Assembly (NCBI RefSeq): GCF_028641065.1 | Contig: NC_073410.1 | Location: forward strand, 9,238,001 to 9,302,000 | Source: Leucoraja erinacea | Lineage: Eukaryota | Direction: 5' to 3' | DNA: 64,000 nucleotides | In this document: positions 1-12,766 of the stretch, piece by piece | Layout: each line of letters starts with the position of its first letter | Position numbering within the stretch: the first letter of the stretch is position 1 | Position numbers and translations under genes: made by a program | The notes under the pieces: generated by a model | Seen by the model: the letters and a program-made list of their open reading frames with translations, nothing else | What the model was told of the DNA's origin: nothing | The model's database searches: none

Positions 1-1230
1 CAATCAACCGTGCCGGAGTTGGTTCTGTTTCCTCAATTGCAGATACAGCATTTGACTGAGAAACCATTTTGTGTTGGATTTTCCTGAGAATCTCCCGATG
101 TTTATCTTTACCTCCCAAAATGTCATCATAATCACAGTCTGCTGCAGAACAGTAATAACAATCAAATTCTATTGCCACATGCCTGCGATTGTTGGTGTGA
201 TCATTCATAACTCGCGCAAGGCACCACCACCAGGAACTTAACCAAATCCATATATTCCTCTGAAAACATTCACTCTTGAAATCCTTTTCCATTGCTCTGG
301 GAATTTCTGCTTGTTCGGCTGAAACATTTAATATGTATGTATTGCTTATCACACAGTAAAAAATGGAATTCCATGTGCACTGAAAAATAATATTTCATAA
401 ATATATCAATGTCACACTACACGGTACAAATTCAGCTAATTGCAAAACGTGCTTCCTTTGTGTTCCAAAGGAGATATTCTGGGAAGAAAGATATTTCATT
501 CTGTGACCCACTGTGTTTTATCAATCAAAACTCTGACAGGTTCTAATAAAGAATTGCAATGCATAGAGACCTCAAGATGACCCTCCATCTCCATCTCCGC
601 TGTATTTTTTGGATATAACGAGGTCTATTCTTGCAGTTAATGCAAAAAAATTAACTATTAAAATTTAAACAACATTATATGGTCGTAAATCCTTATTATA
701 GAGCTCTATGAAAAATCGCTTAGATTTAGAATGGCAGTTCTTTAGATGTAAGTGGCAGCGTTCTTGAATGCGTGAGTCTTTGTCCCTCTCAGAGACTTGA
801 CTGCATGAAAACAGAAGCCAGTGCAGGACTGAAACAGCTCTGCGCTACCAGGGGTCCAACAGAGACCACCTCATTTGCCCCACTTGGATGAATGTTCAAG
901 AGGGCACGGTGCCAATTTGAAACAAAAAAAAACATGGGGGGAAAAACTGGGCACCCTGGCTAATAATCTACCCCGCAACTAAAACCTAAAACCAGATAAT
1001 CTGGTGACCATCATATTGCTACTCATGGGAGCTTGCTGTGCACAAAGGTTGGCAGCGGTACTTACTACACTGGGACGCACATCAAAACTGTCAAATAATT
1101 TGGGGTGTCATGAGGTCCAGAGAAGTGATTATATAAATGTAAATCTTCCTTTTCTTTCAGGATCAGGGTCCTCTTTCTGTTGGAAAATCTTCACCTATCC
1201 ACTCAGAATCAAGAATGCACAAACATTCTT

Positions 1231-4202
1231 TCATTCCTGGATTGACCCAGGTCTCCATGTATGACCACCGCCTCCACCTTTCACAGCAGAGAACCTCGGT
1301 CTAGGGGTGGGAACCGATGGCTTCTTTTGCATATCTTCCCTGGACGGGAATTGAAGAACTGATGGTTCAAAGGCCACTTCCGAACTGTCTCCAGCTGCTC
1401 TCCAGTGTTGGTGAGCCAGCCCATTGCTGTAAGATACTTTGGCTGATACCGGTGGGGGGGAGTTTGGCGCCGACATCCACACGGGTTCAGCGAGTGTGGT
1501 GGCTGACCGCGGGGCAATAACTGTGGTAGTGATAGTCGGCACTGGGGTTGAGAAGCGTCTGATCTCGAACGCTCTTGCTGTCTTCACAGGGACCTGCTTT
1601 GTGGAGATAAAGGATTGTTGGCCTTGTGGCGCGGTTGGAGCACATCCTGACCACCCTTGTGATCTCACGGTGGATTCATCGCAACTGAACATGGCTGGAT
1701 TTAATTGATAAGGCTGACGTCTCATGAAATCAATGGCTTTTATTCCAACCTTCTGGTTCCCACCTGGCCTCCACTTCTTCTCTGCTTTAGGGATTGTTTG
1801 GGACTTGCTGGCTGCTAATGGATATGATGGGGAATAAATGGGGTTATAACCAATTGGTGGCGGAGCCCGGATGTTGGGAGAATATTTCCACGTAGCAGGG
1901 AGGGAAGGAGTGGGAGATGGTCCTCTTGGCTGGGAAGAGTGGGTTGGCACTGAATCAACAATAAATTTGTCCATGCGACTTTGTCTCCTTGCAAAAAGTT
2001 CTGCTCCTTTTCCTTTCAACTGCAGGGTTGCTGGTGTATTGGTTCCATTCACCACTGGATAACAACTGCCAACTAACTGAGACTTTAAATGAGGCTTTGG
2101 GGCTACAGGAGGAGGTATACTTTGCCTGCGTGCCTGAGACTGCATAAAGTTAGAAGCTTCGGCACCAAGACTCAAAAAGTCTTCTTCAGGTCCTGATTCA
2201 AATCCTGCTCCAATGTGATCTGGCTTCTTTTCATCCAGATTTTGTACCATAGAAAGAAGTTCAGGGTTTGGTGAGGTTTTTTTCTGTTCAGTCTTTGTAA
2301 ACATCGGCTTCCTGGTGCTTCTGCGACGTGACTCTTGCAAGATGCCAGTTTTAGAAGCAGGCACTGAAATTCGTTGCTCTCTTGTGGCCAAGCTCTCAGA
2401 TGGCTGGTTGGATGTCCAAGCTGTTGATGATGTGCTCGCAATGGAAGGGGCGTTCACTACGGCTTCAGAAGGGGCTTCGCTCCTTTTCTGTGGCAGCAGT
2501 GTTGAGGAAACGCGAAAGGTAGCGGTGCTGGTGACCGGAGCCTGAGGTGGCGAATATGGAGTTGCTGTGAATAGTGACGTCATCAATGGTGGTGGTGACA
2601 TCACTGCAGGTGGTGGCGACATCATTGCCGGTGGTGGTGACATCACTGCAGCTGGTGGTGATGTCATGGTACAATCTGCTGACCTTGCTGCGCATGGTGG
2701 TGACATCGCTATGATTGATGACACCATCACCGCCGGCTTTGGCGAGTTCACCGCGGCCGTTGTTGGCATCGCTGTGCATTCTGTTGTCATTGATGTAGAC
2801 AATGGTAACATGACTGTGGTTGGTGGTGACATCACAGCAGGTGGAGGTGACATCACAGCAGGTGGTGACATCACAGAAGGTGGAGGCGACGTCACAGGAG
2901 GTGGTGACATCACAGGAGGTGGTGACATCACAGGAGGTGGTGGTGACATCACAGCAGGAGGTGGTGACATCACAGCAGGTGGTGGTGACATCACAGCAGA
3001 TGGTGGTGACATCACAGCAGATGGTGGTGACATCACAGCAGGTGGTGGTGACATTACAAGAGGTGGAGCTGACATCACAGCTGGTGGTGGTGACATCACA
3101 GCAGGTGGAGGTGACATCACAGCAGGTGGAGGTGACATCACAGCAGGTGGAGGTGACATCACAGCAGGTGGTGGTGACATCACAAGAAGTGGATGTGGCA
3201 TCACAGCAGGTGGTGGTGGTGGTGGTGCTGATATTAAAACAGCTGCTGGCAAATAATGTGTTCCCATTCTCATTGGCACTGAAGCTTTCATTAGTTCAGG
3301 TTGAGGGATGGCATTCACAGTTGGCCTGGAGACTACCGCTGCTGGAGGTGAGAAAGGTTTTGTTGGTTTGTTTTGCACAGCAGCTTGTTCCCAGGGTTTG
3401 ACAGGAGCTGTATTTGTTGCACCTTGCCGATACAGCACTGGAGCACAGACAGAGTGTACAGGACTCACATGGCTCTGTTGACACCCTGGAGTAAATGGTC
3501 TTGCTGTCCAATTTGCCACCCCAGGTAGGCCAGGGGGACCTTGTACGGTGTGCTGTGAATGGTGCTGCTCACTGGGCCTTGGGTAACTGGTCTCTGCACG
3601 TACTATTGGCGACAGATTCATTTCTGTGCAGTAGTTCAATGCGTCCGAGGCTGGATTCCCAGCACACACAGTCGTACTCCTGGACCAGGCAGGGACTCCA
3701 TTCATTGCGCTGCACCTCATCACTTCAGCCTCTGGCTTGGCTTTCATTGGTAAATTGTGTTGTGTCTGAATTGGAGGTTCCTCCAATGCATAGTCCTTTG
3801 CTCGTTGTCTCTGATGTTCAAATAATATAACGCCCTTCCCTTTGGTTGCAGTTAGACCATGGGGCTCAGATTTGGGCTTTTCAATGTCCAGGTAAGAACT
3901 GTCCCAGTCTGATCCCATTGACTGATTTGTCAAACTTTTTGCATCAGAAAACGCATCTTCGTCAAATTCAGACTCACTGGTAGGCAGCAGTTCCCCGTCC
4001 TCGTCCATACTCTGCTTCTCCTCGTCTACACTTCCATAACTAACGAGGGTGTACTTCTTTGCCCTTTGACGGCGCTTCTTAAACATAAGAACCCCCTTTG
4101 AGTGAGGATTTGGTGCAGAGGTGAGGAGAGATGCGATGGTCTTGCATTTTGTCCTGGCCTCCTTCGCTTGCTTCTCCTGCACACTTTCACTCCGATGCAA
4201 CT
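1231..4202 (-). CDS. SYNPO2L: Synaptopodin-2-like protein, last (4th) coding exon including stop codon
   Basis: The ORF has synaptopodin-family motifs ESVQEKQAKEARTKCKTIASLLT, KGVLMFKKRRQRAKKYTLVSYG, SESEFDED, GFESGPEEDFLSLGAEA, LKGKGAELFARRQSRMDKF, WKYSPNIRAPPPIGYNP and DFMRRQPYQL. Acceptor ttgcAG at 4204-4203; phase 1 joins exon 3 as A|AG (Lys). TGA at 1233-1231. Confidence 0.95.
2575..3227 (-). repeat. Coding tandem repeat, 21-nt (some 18-nt) unit encoding PPAVMSP
   Basis: Plus-strand unit GGTGGTGACATCACAGCAGGT. Dense array at about 2816-3227, with degenerate copies down to about 2575. Confidence 0.95.
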
Positions 4203-5520
4203 CTGCAATGTCAGAACACAAAGGAATAAACTAACAAGCTTCTGAAACATTACTGTGAACACAAGAGAATTACACATCCGAGATTCCAAGTGTAACAAAA
4301 TAATCCCGCAGCACCAAAGGGTATTTTCCTTAATCAGCCTTGTTCAAAACAACAACAATCCCTCACATATTCTTCATGTTATGCTGCATTGGTTTTAATC
4401 ACAAATGGAAAGTGATATGGAAGATATTAACTGAGAAGTGATGAAAGTAATCAGATCTGTTTTAAACAAAATGCATATTTTAAACATAATCTCAGTTTGT
4501 GAAGTGTTGGACAGTATCTCGGTCCAGGACTGTGGAAAAAAGAAGTGTCGAGGATTGAATCTTCTGCCCTTATGGAGATTTACCATCAAACAAAGTAATA
4601 GCGTAAGACAGTATGGAGATTCCCACGATTCTGCTGCCTGACATTAACTCTCAGTGAGCTGGTGCTGTCTGAGTCAGATTCTGGGTACAAGTACCACCCC
4701 AAAATCAGTCAAAAAAGTTTAAAAAACTACACTGGTTCTCCACAAGGAAACGGCCCTGTTGCAGAATTTCAGATAAGGTCATAAACATTCTCCCTCTCAG
4801 GTGGTCATAGAAAAAGGGACATGGCATTCCCCCTGGTGCCCAGGGCAATATTGATCACCCAAATAATACCAGTAAAAAAAAACAAAATAGAAACTCAAAA
4901 TGCTGAATAAATTTAAATGTAAACAGAAAATGTTGGAGATACTCAGCAGGTCAGGCAGTATCTGAAGAGAGAGAGAAACAGAGTTAATATTTCTGGTTGG
5001 AGACAATTCATCAGAACTCTAGAGCTTTCTATTTTTCACTTACGTGGATTACCTGGTTATTATGTTGGTGATCCCTTGTTGAGCACAAAGTGGCTGCAGT
5101 ATATCCCAATTTAAAATGGGATTACATTTCACAAGCTCATCTCAATCAACTATGGGTTATCCCAATGGCAAAGGACCCAAATCATTGATGGCTGCCTTCC
5201 TCAGAAGCTGCATTGATACTGGGGTATGAGCTGACAATGTCGTTACTAACACAAACCATACCTGAACCAGGAGGGTATACTGTAACTATACACAGGAGTA
5301 ACTTAATTCTCCATCACCGTGTGTTTAGCAACACTAAGATTAATTATTTAAATTGCTGGCATTAATACACAAATTATTTATTTCAACAACCCATGGGCAA
5401 AATCTTTATCACACCACTGATGTAATCTTCACAATGAAATGCTTTAACACATTCTTTGAAAATTAAAAGACCACCTCGAAACCCTGAGAAACTCAACAGT
5501 GTATCTGCATTCTGTGATCT

Positions 5521-5858
5521 GAGTCACAGAGAATGCAGCATAGAAACAGGCTCTTCGGTCCATTGAGTTCCTTGTTGGTCATCAGCAACCTTTTTACACA
5601 TAGACTGCGTTAATCAATTTTATTTATTCTCCCCAAATTCTTATCAGTGCTCCCGGAATCTATCACAAGGGGCAATTTCCTGTGCCCAATTTCCACCCTG
5701 CCTATCTAGAACATAGGAGGAAACTGGAGCACTTGAAGAAAACCTATGCATTCACAGAGAGAACATGCAAGCTCCCCTCAGACAGTACCCGAGGACAGGA
5801 TTGAACTTGGGTCTCTGGCACTGTAAGACATCGACTCTGCTAACTACACCACTGTGGC
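5521..5858 (-). mobile_element. tRNA-derived SINE (HE1/V-SINE-like), diverged
   Basis: Similar to the copies at 30579, 54582 and 57374. B-box-like AGTTCAATCC on the minus strand; CR1-like tail GAAACAGGCTCTTCGG. Confidence 0.7.
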
Positions 5859-6099
5859 TGAGGAAATACAAGCAGATCAGGCAAATCAATGATGCCAGCT
5901 GCATTAAATGATCTCCTCACAGAGGCTGAGTAGGATTGGCAAAGAAATGGAAAGCTGATTGCCCCAAGTGTCTTTGAGTAGCTGAGCAAAGATAGTGCCC
6001 AAGATGTAAGATTAAAAACCCTGCTGCTCTGGCCAAATTGTGCACTAAAGCTCAGACGAGATCAGAAGCACACCGACTGCGTGACCTCAAGCACAGAAA

Positions 6100-6310
6100 C
6101 TGCTGGAGAGACTCAACGGGTTGAGCAGTATCTGTGGTGAGAAGGGAATGGTCGACGTTTCTGAGAAGGGAAAGTAATTGAGACTCTCAATCCTGAAGGA
6201 GAAGCTTGACCCAAAACATCGACAATTCACTTCTTTCTACGGATGCTGCCCACCCCGTTGAATTCCTCCAGCAATTTGCTTTTTGCTGCAGATTCCAGCA
6301 TCTATAGTCT
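6100..6310. mobile_element. Fold-back element made of two inverted Penelope pLTR-like halves
   Basis: TGCTGGAGAGACTCAACGGG...GCAGTATC is imperfectly complementary to GATGCTGC...CCCGTTGAATTCCTCCAGCA. Same family as 32095 and 41006. Confidence 0.65.
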
Positions 6311-7663
6311 CTTGTACCTCCCTTGTTTGACCTTGTCCGTTCCTTCTAAGGCACGGGTTAGGCACAGTGCTGGTGAATTGATGTAAAGGGGCAAACCACA
6401 TATTGAAGATTGATCATCTTGTGGTGTAAAGGGTGCACATGTCAGACTGAGAACCTGTGGAATCTGCTCCTGTGGTACTCTGAGGGATGAGAACTTAAGT
6501 CTGATGGAATTATGCCAGAGGCAGGGTGTTTACAAGTATATTTTCCAGATTCACAATCTCCCATCTCCAGGAGTGGCCTGTGAACTTCCCCAATATAAAT
6601 CACGTTACTTTTATTAGAAAGGAAATTGTTGATTAGAACCTCATCGGTCTGTTATTCCACAGTTCACCACTGGGGACACCGCAGTACATCAGTGGCAGGA
6701 AGATAAAACTGCAACAGGATAAATCGAGAATAATTCATCTGAAGTCGGAAAGGATACCTTAGAGGTGGGGACTGAATTCCTTCAGTGAAAATACCCCCTG
6801 CCTGTAGTTCTGCTTCTTCCAAGAAGCAACTAGACCTCACCTTGACTTTGTGAAAAATACAATGAGCAATCAGCAAGTATGTTTTATTTTTCATTCCCCA
6901 GATATAAGCATCACAGATAAGATTAAATACCCTTCTCATATTACCCCTGAGCTGCCTTATTTATACACCACTGAAATCTATATGTTGAAGGTACTTCCAC
7001 TGTGCTTTTTCATTGTTCTGTCCCAGCAAAGCTTCATGCAGGTATCACTTAACAGGGTTAACACTTAACATTTAAACAGGTTACAGTCATCTGCTATCTT
7101 TGACTTTCCAATGGTGGACTTTCTGGTTTAGGAGATGCTTCCAAAGGATTCTTGCCAATGGACCACAGTTTGCAGTAATGATGCACTTGTTATTGAAGGG
7201 TGTGAATCCTTAGGGTGGTGGATGGAATGATAACAGAATGATGACCTGTTTTGTCCTGGATAGTGTTGAGCTTCTTCAAGATTCCTGGCACTGAACCACA
7301 CTAGACAGGTAAAGATTATGACGTTATGCTTCTGAATTGCATTTAGATAGCGGAATAGCTTTGGGGATTCATAGACTCCTGCTCTGGAGATGACCTATCT
7401 CTGACATGATATATTTACGTGAAATTTCACGACCGGTGCTTGTTCTAAAGCGATGGAAGGCGCCGACAGTGCTAACCAATGGTATATATTCTCCATTTAC
7501 CTCCCGTCTCACATTCACCAGGATTGCTGGGCTCCATGACAGACTTTGTCCCAACAAGAACCAGGGAACTGATTTCACATTGCGATGAGAGTGACTGCTA
7601 TGTCATCATGATAGTACGTGTGGCATCAAAAAGGTTTGTAAAACTCAAGTCAGTGGGCTGTAA

Positions 7664-7703
<40 letters not shown>
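7664..7703 (+). repeat. G40 homopolymer
   Basis: Counted directly from the sequence. Confidence 0.9.
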
Positions 7704-7705
<2 letters not shown>

Positions 7706-8434
7706 ACACTTCAATTGTCAATGTCGTGCATTGCACCATACAAGATGGTTGTGGCTGTTGGGGGTCAATCATCTCAGCCCCAGGAGAGTACTGCTGGAGT
7801 TCCCAGGAAGAGAGTCCAAGACCCAGCCATCTTCAGCAGCTCCATCAGTGACCACCCTTCCATTACAAGAAACCGCGGGATGTTTAATACCGTTCAAAAC
7901 TCCTCAGCAAAAAAGACGACCAATCTATACCTCCATGCTTGAAACACAGCTGGAAAACATTCAGCATGCGCTAATAAGTAGCAGGTAACATTTGTACCAC
8001 AGGAGTGTCAGGCAATGGTCATCTCCAGCAAGAGAGTGTTTAACCACTTCTTGATAGTCAACAGAATTACTATTTCTGAGTTCCTCGTCATCTACTTTCT
8101 GGTGGTCAGCATTAGTCAGGAAATAAACTGGACCAAAAAAAATAAAATAAAAAATAAGTGCTGGAGTAACTCAGTGGTCAGACATGGACTCTGGCAAACA
8201 TGGATAGATGACGTTTCGGGTCAAGGCCTTCTTCACACTTTGTGTCCTTTTATTTTATAAACCAGTTTGGCAGTTCCTTGTGTCTTCACTGAACTTGATC
8301 AGCAACTTCAGGATGGCGACTACAAAAGCAGATCCAAAGCTATGTATTATCAGTGGGTGACTCACTAACACCTCAACACTTTTCTACCATTGACAAAGTG
8401 CAAGGCAGGTGAATGAACACAACTCCAGCAACAT

Positions 8435-9140
8435 TAAGAATAAGGAGCAAGCCATTTAGAACGGAGAAGAGGAAACACTTTTTCTCACGGAGAGTGGTGA
8501 GTGTGGAATTCTCTGCCTCAGAGGGCGGTGGAGGCAGGTTCTCTGGATGCTTTCAAGAGAGAGCTAGAGAGGGCTCTTTAAAATAGCAAAGTCAGGGATA
8601 GACTTGGTTTATACTCTCTAGAATTTAGGAGATTGAGAGGGGATCTTATAGAAACTTACAAAATTCTTAAGGGGTTGGACAGGCTAGATGCAGGAAGATT
8701 GTTCCCGATGTTAGGGAAGTCCAGGACAAGGGGTCACAGCTTAAGGATAAGGGGGAAATCCTTTAAAACCGAGATGAGAAGAACTTTTTTCACACAGAGA
8801 GTGGTGAATCTCTGGAACTCTCTGCCACAGAGGGTAGTTGAGGATAGTTCATTGGCTATATTTAAGAGGGAGTTAGATGTGGCCCTTGTGGCTAAGGGGA
8901 TCAGGGGGTATGGAGAGAAGGCAGGTACGGGATACTGAGTTGGATGATCAGCCATGATCATATTGAATGGCGGTGCAGGCTCGAAGGGCCGAATGGCCTA
9001 CTCCTGCACCTAATTTCTATGTTTCTATATGGTGAGAAGGCAGGAACGGGGTACTGATTGGGGATGATCAGCCATGATCACATTGAATGGCGGTGCTGGC
9101 TCGAAGGGTCAAATGGCCTGCCCCTGCACCTATTGTCTAT
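8435..9140 (+). mobile_element. CR1-clade LINE 3' fragments; a younger copy (about 8600-9026) is nested in a related copy
   Basis: ORF 8633-8938 (RGDLIETYKILKG...TRGHSLRI...FFTQRVVNLWNSLP) is a typical CR1 ORF2 C-terminus. It is followed by a 3' UTR and TTTCTATG tail. The host copy resumes at about 9027 (ATATGGTGAGAAGGCAGG). Confidence 0.9.
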
Positions 9141-10135
9141 TCAAGAAGGTGAATACTATCAGGGACTCAGCAGCATTCACAAGAAAGATAACAGTGAATG
9201 AAGAAAGTGACTCATCATCTCTTTCTCCAGGCCAATTGAGGATGGGCAATAAATGCTGCCCAGATGTCAAAAAAACCCATGACCAAAATTGCAGAAGAAT
9301 GTTGACAGACTGGAGGCTAACATTAATGAATCTTCAGATGATCGAGGAAAAATCATTACACCGCAGGTTTATTGGAAGTATCCCCAAAACACATTTCTGA
9401 TCGATGTGTTAAAATGTTGCTATTATTTTTCCAGCTGACCTTCTATGAGGTAATCTCAATTTATTCTGTGAGAAAGGGTAACATTCCAGCCTCAATGAAT
9501 TGCACATTGTATCGATGTGTTAAGTGCTGACGTGTTTGGGAAAAAAACAATTGCATTTATTAACTATTGATATATTACTGGGATATTGAAACATATCCAT
9601 TTGCTTTCGGTTCAGCTGATTTCATTTTGATCATTTCTATTAAATGTTTCTTTTTGACCAGCTAATGAGTTGCTCTTTCTATAACACTGGTATAAAAAGC
9701 TATAAGAACATGCATGGAGTCTGCTCAAATGCATCGATTGAATATTTAAGCCAATTCAAGAGATGAGCTTATTTGAGGTGCCGGACCCCTCCTGGAAGAG
9801 AAAAAGATTAATATATATGTACTGTAAATAGAAGATTTAGTTGATCATGAATGGTAGTGAAATGGAAACCTGACCAATAAAAACTGCCAGTTGGAAATTT
9901 TATTGCACCCAGATGGATATGCTAGATGGTTGGGTGTGGTAGGATTTTGTAACTAGATATCACCTGGAATTGAGCCTGTTCCGGGCCAGGGGTCAAGGCA
10001 AGGAATGGGACCAGGAAGGGATTCTGCAAAAATCAGGGAACAGTAGAAGTGGTTGGCAAAAAAAGGACAGAGGCTCAGAGTTGGGGTGTAATGATCAGGT
10101 GAGTGGCCAGTGGAGAGGAGGGGAAGAATAAGTGG

Positions 10136-10136
<1 letters not shown>

Positions 10137-10180
<44 letters not shown>
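10137..10180 (+). repeat. C44 homopolymer
   Basis: Counted directly from the sequence. Confidence 0.9.
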
Positions 10181-12004
10181 ATAGGATCTCATGGGATCAT
10201 TGGGTTCACCAAATGGCACAAGATAAACCAATTTGAAGTGTAGGGGTTGACACCACTTTGGGGGTTCATGGCATTTGGCTTTGTTAGCCCAGACCAACGG
10301 GAAGGGAACACAGTTTGGAGATCAGAGAGCTTTCGGACCAAGGTCTTGGAGCGTGGGGTATATCAGTGCAGTGTGGCTGTAAGGCCAAAGTGTCCTAACC
10401 AAAATCTGCAGTATTAAGACATCATTGTCCCAAGAGTTGTTCCCAGGACAATTTAGTCCAATTTTCCCTTTAATGTTCCAAAAGGGGCATTGGACTGGGA
10501 TTGATGCATTCTGTGCAAAACTGATGCAAAAATCGTTTCAGGAACACAGGGGTGAATCACTTCAAGAAAACCATAGTGTAAGTTCTGGAATTACATAAAA
10601 TCACACAGAAGTTATCATAATTCAATTTCACTTTGGCAAAAAAAAGTCTATTTTAAAGCATGAAACACTGGGGGGAAAAAAGGGCTCTTCAAAATTTTAA
10701 GGAGCTCATGTTAATTTTGCTACAACAACCACCAGCAGCAACAGGTCCTCTCCCGCTTCTCCCACCAGTTGTAAACACTAGGGACCCGAAAATGTCACTG
10801 TTCACTATCAATAACGTGCCCAGGGTTGAAAAATAAAGCCAGATCATTTCTTTACGTTCTCAAAGAAAAATCTACACCACCAGAGTCTAGCTGAGTAAAT
10901 AGTTGCAGTCACAAAGTGATGATTTGCAGAGCAAACGTCTTTGGCACCATTGGTAGTTTTGAAACTGTACATCTATAATTTTTAACTGTGTAAGATATAC
11001 CACGGCTAACAACCTTTTGAGTATTTGTTTCTGTGGTAAGGAGTAAACTGAAATCTCCATACTCTTGCAGTAAATATTTAAAACACATTGAATAAAATAA
11101 TTTGGTGCTGAAATGTTGACCTTCCATCTTACTTTGGGTTACAGGCATGAAACTAATTTCAATTGTAAGACTTTTAAGTATAGAACAAAAATTAATTGTA
11201 GACCATTCACAGTAAAATTAGCTAACACTTTAAAAGTATGCACACATTCAAATACCTGCATAAACTTGATGCTTGCTGGTTTTCTTTTCCGGTTCTTCAG
11301 TTTGTGATCTCTGCATTCTGATAATCTTTGGAGTATTACTTTGTGTCCTCAGTTCCATATAGACACTGTAATCACTCATAAACTGGAGTGAGCCCAAGAC
11401 TCTTAAGTCTGCCAAGCTCTCTTATCGCCTTTTACTCCCCTTGTCAGACCAGACAAAAGGACGGTTAAGAACTTCTGTCCGTTTGACTATTTTTACCCAT
11501 TACATACCAACTAGTTGTGTGATGGGTTTAAGCATCTGTCTGCGCTCAAACCGGCCTTCAAGAGATTTTTTTCAGACAAGTAAAGCTAAAAGAAAATTGT
11601 GGCGATTGACACAAGAATGAAATGTGTCAAAGTGTCAGGCAGTGATGTCATTAAAATACTTTTCATACTCATAACTGTGGGATAAGCAAGAAAACATTGT
11701 TTCAAAAGTCAAGTAAACATGGTCAAAAGATGAATATACTTTAGATCTATAAATTGACCCCAGTGGAAAAAAGACGTTGGCTGCAAAGTGTGGCAGTAAG
11801 CAATATTAAGAGGATAATTCTTGTCTCCTTATATAATTTAAGGCATGTTTAATTTTAAATGCTGGAGTTTAAATAGGTCATTAGTGTCAGCAATTCATGA
11901 ATGTTAGACACAAAAAAAAAATCCTCTTTATCCTCAACTCTCTTCAATGGCATTTCAATACTAGAAGCAACTTCCTCAAATCTTCATGAGTTCTAAGAGC
12001 AAAT

Positions 12005-12115
12005 TAATCCATTCCGCCCATCACGTCAAAGCCGCCATTCAATCGTGGCTGACCTGTCTTTCCCTCTCAACCCCATTCTCCTGCCTTCACCCCATAACCG
12101 CTGCCACCGTTACTA
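12005..12115 (-). mobile_element. CR1 3' UTR fragment
   Basis: Reverse complement of the GAGAAGGCAGG...CAGCCATGAT...GAATGGCGG segment at 8915-8990. Confidence 0.7.
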
Positions 12116-12766
12116 AAGCCTCAATTTCCTGAGCCCAACCTTGGATTTTCTGACACCACGCGCTCTCATTCCCTTTCCCACCATCCCTACACATCTTGCA
12201 GCCATCACAATCTAGCAATCTAAAACTCCCTATAAAGCCCTACTTTATCGTTCTTATCGCCAGTGACTTGCAGTCACCAAATCTTACTTCCAAAGTTTTC
12301 TGGTCTCTACCTAGAAATCTCATTGACAAGGGTTGCTATATTAAACCATTGTCACACCAATACAGTGGAATCTGTATTTACCTGAACACTTGCATCCATC
12401 CCACCCTATAATTATCCCAAAGTAATACATTTTTCTTCATCAAATAATAGAATGTTGTTTTATTCGAAAGGTTTAAAGGATAGCACTATTCTAGTAAATT
12501 AGAAATATATATATATATAAATACACGGCGCTTTCATGGGTATGTTTAAACAACTGTTTTCAAGTCTTGACCATAAGATCACACAGAGTATCAAGTAACA
12601 GACAGCAACTGACGTGCTTTTCAGAGAGTTGACCTCATATCCTCTAAACCTCTCATGTTCCACTTAATAGCAGCACATTGAACACATCAGAAAAGCCCAG
12701 AGCATCGGAGGACTTTAGGTTTAAAATTATTTGAGACTATCTTAGAAGGTAACTAAAAAAACTTAC

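Noticed and set aside
327-332. ATTAAA on the minus strand as the SYNPO2L polyadenylation signal
   Set aside because: Plausible, but such hexamers are common in AT-rich DNA and cannot be supported without 3'-end data.
2567-3401. Plus-strand ORFs encoding (GGGDITA)n and (VVTSQQV)n
   Set aside because: Antisense shadows of the SYNPO2L PPAVMSP repeat. They stay open only because the unit lacks stop codons, and they have no promoter or splice support.
4203-4221. N-terminus MCSDIAE of the 996-aa ORF
   Set aside because: It starts at a non-ATG codon in intronic sequence upstream of the acceptor at 4204-4203; the real frame enters from exon 3.
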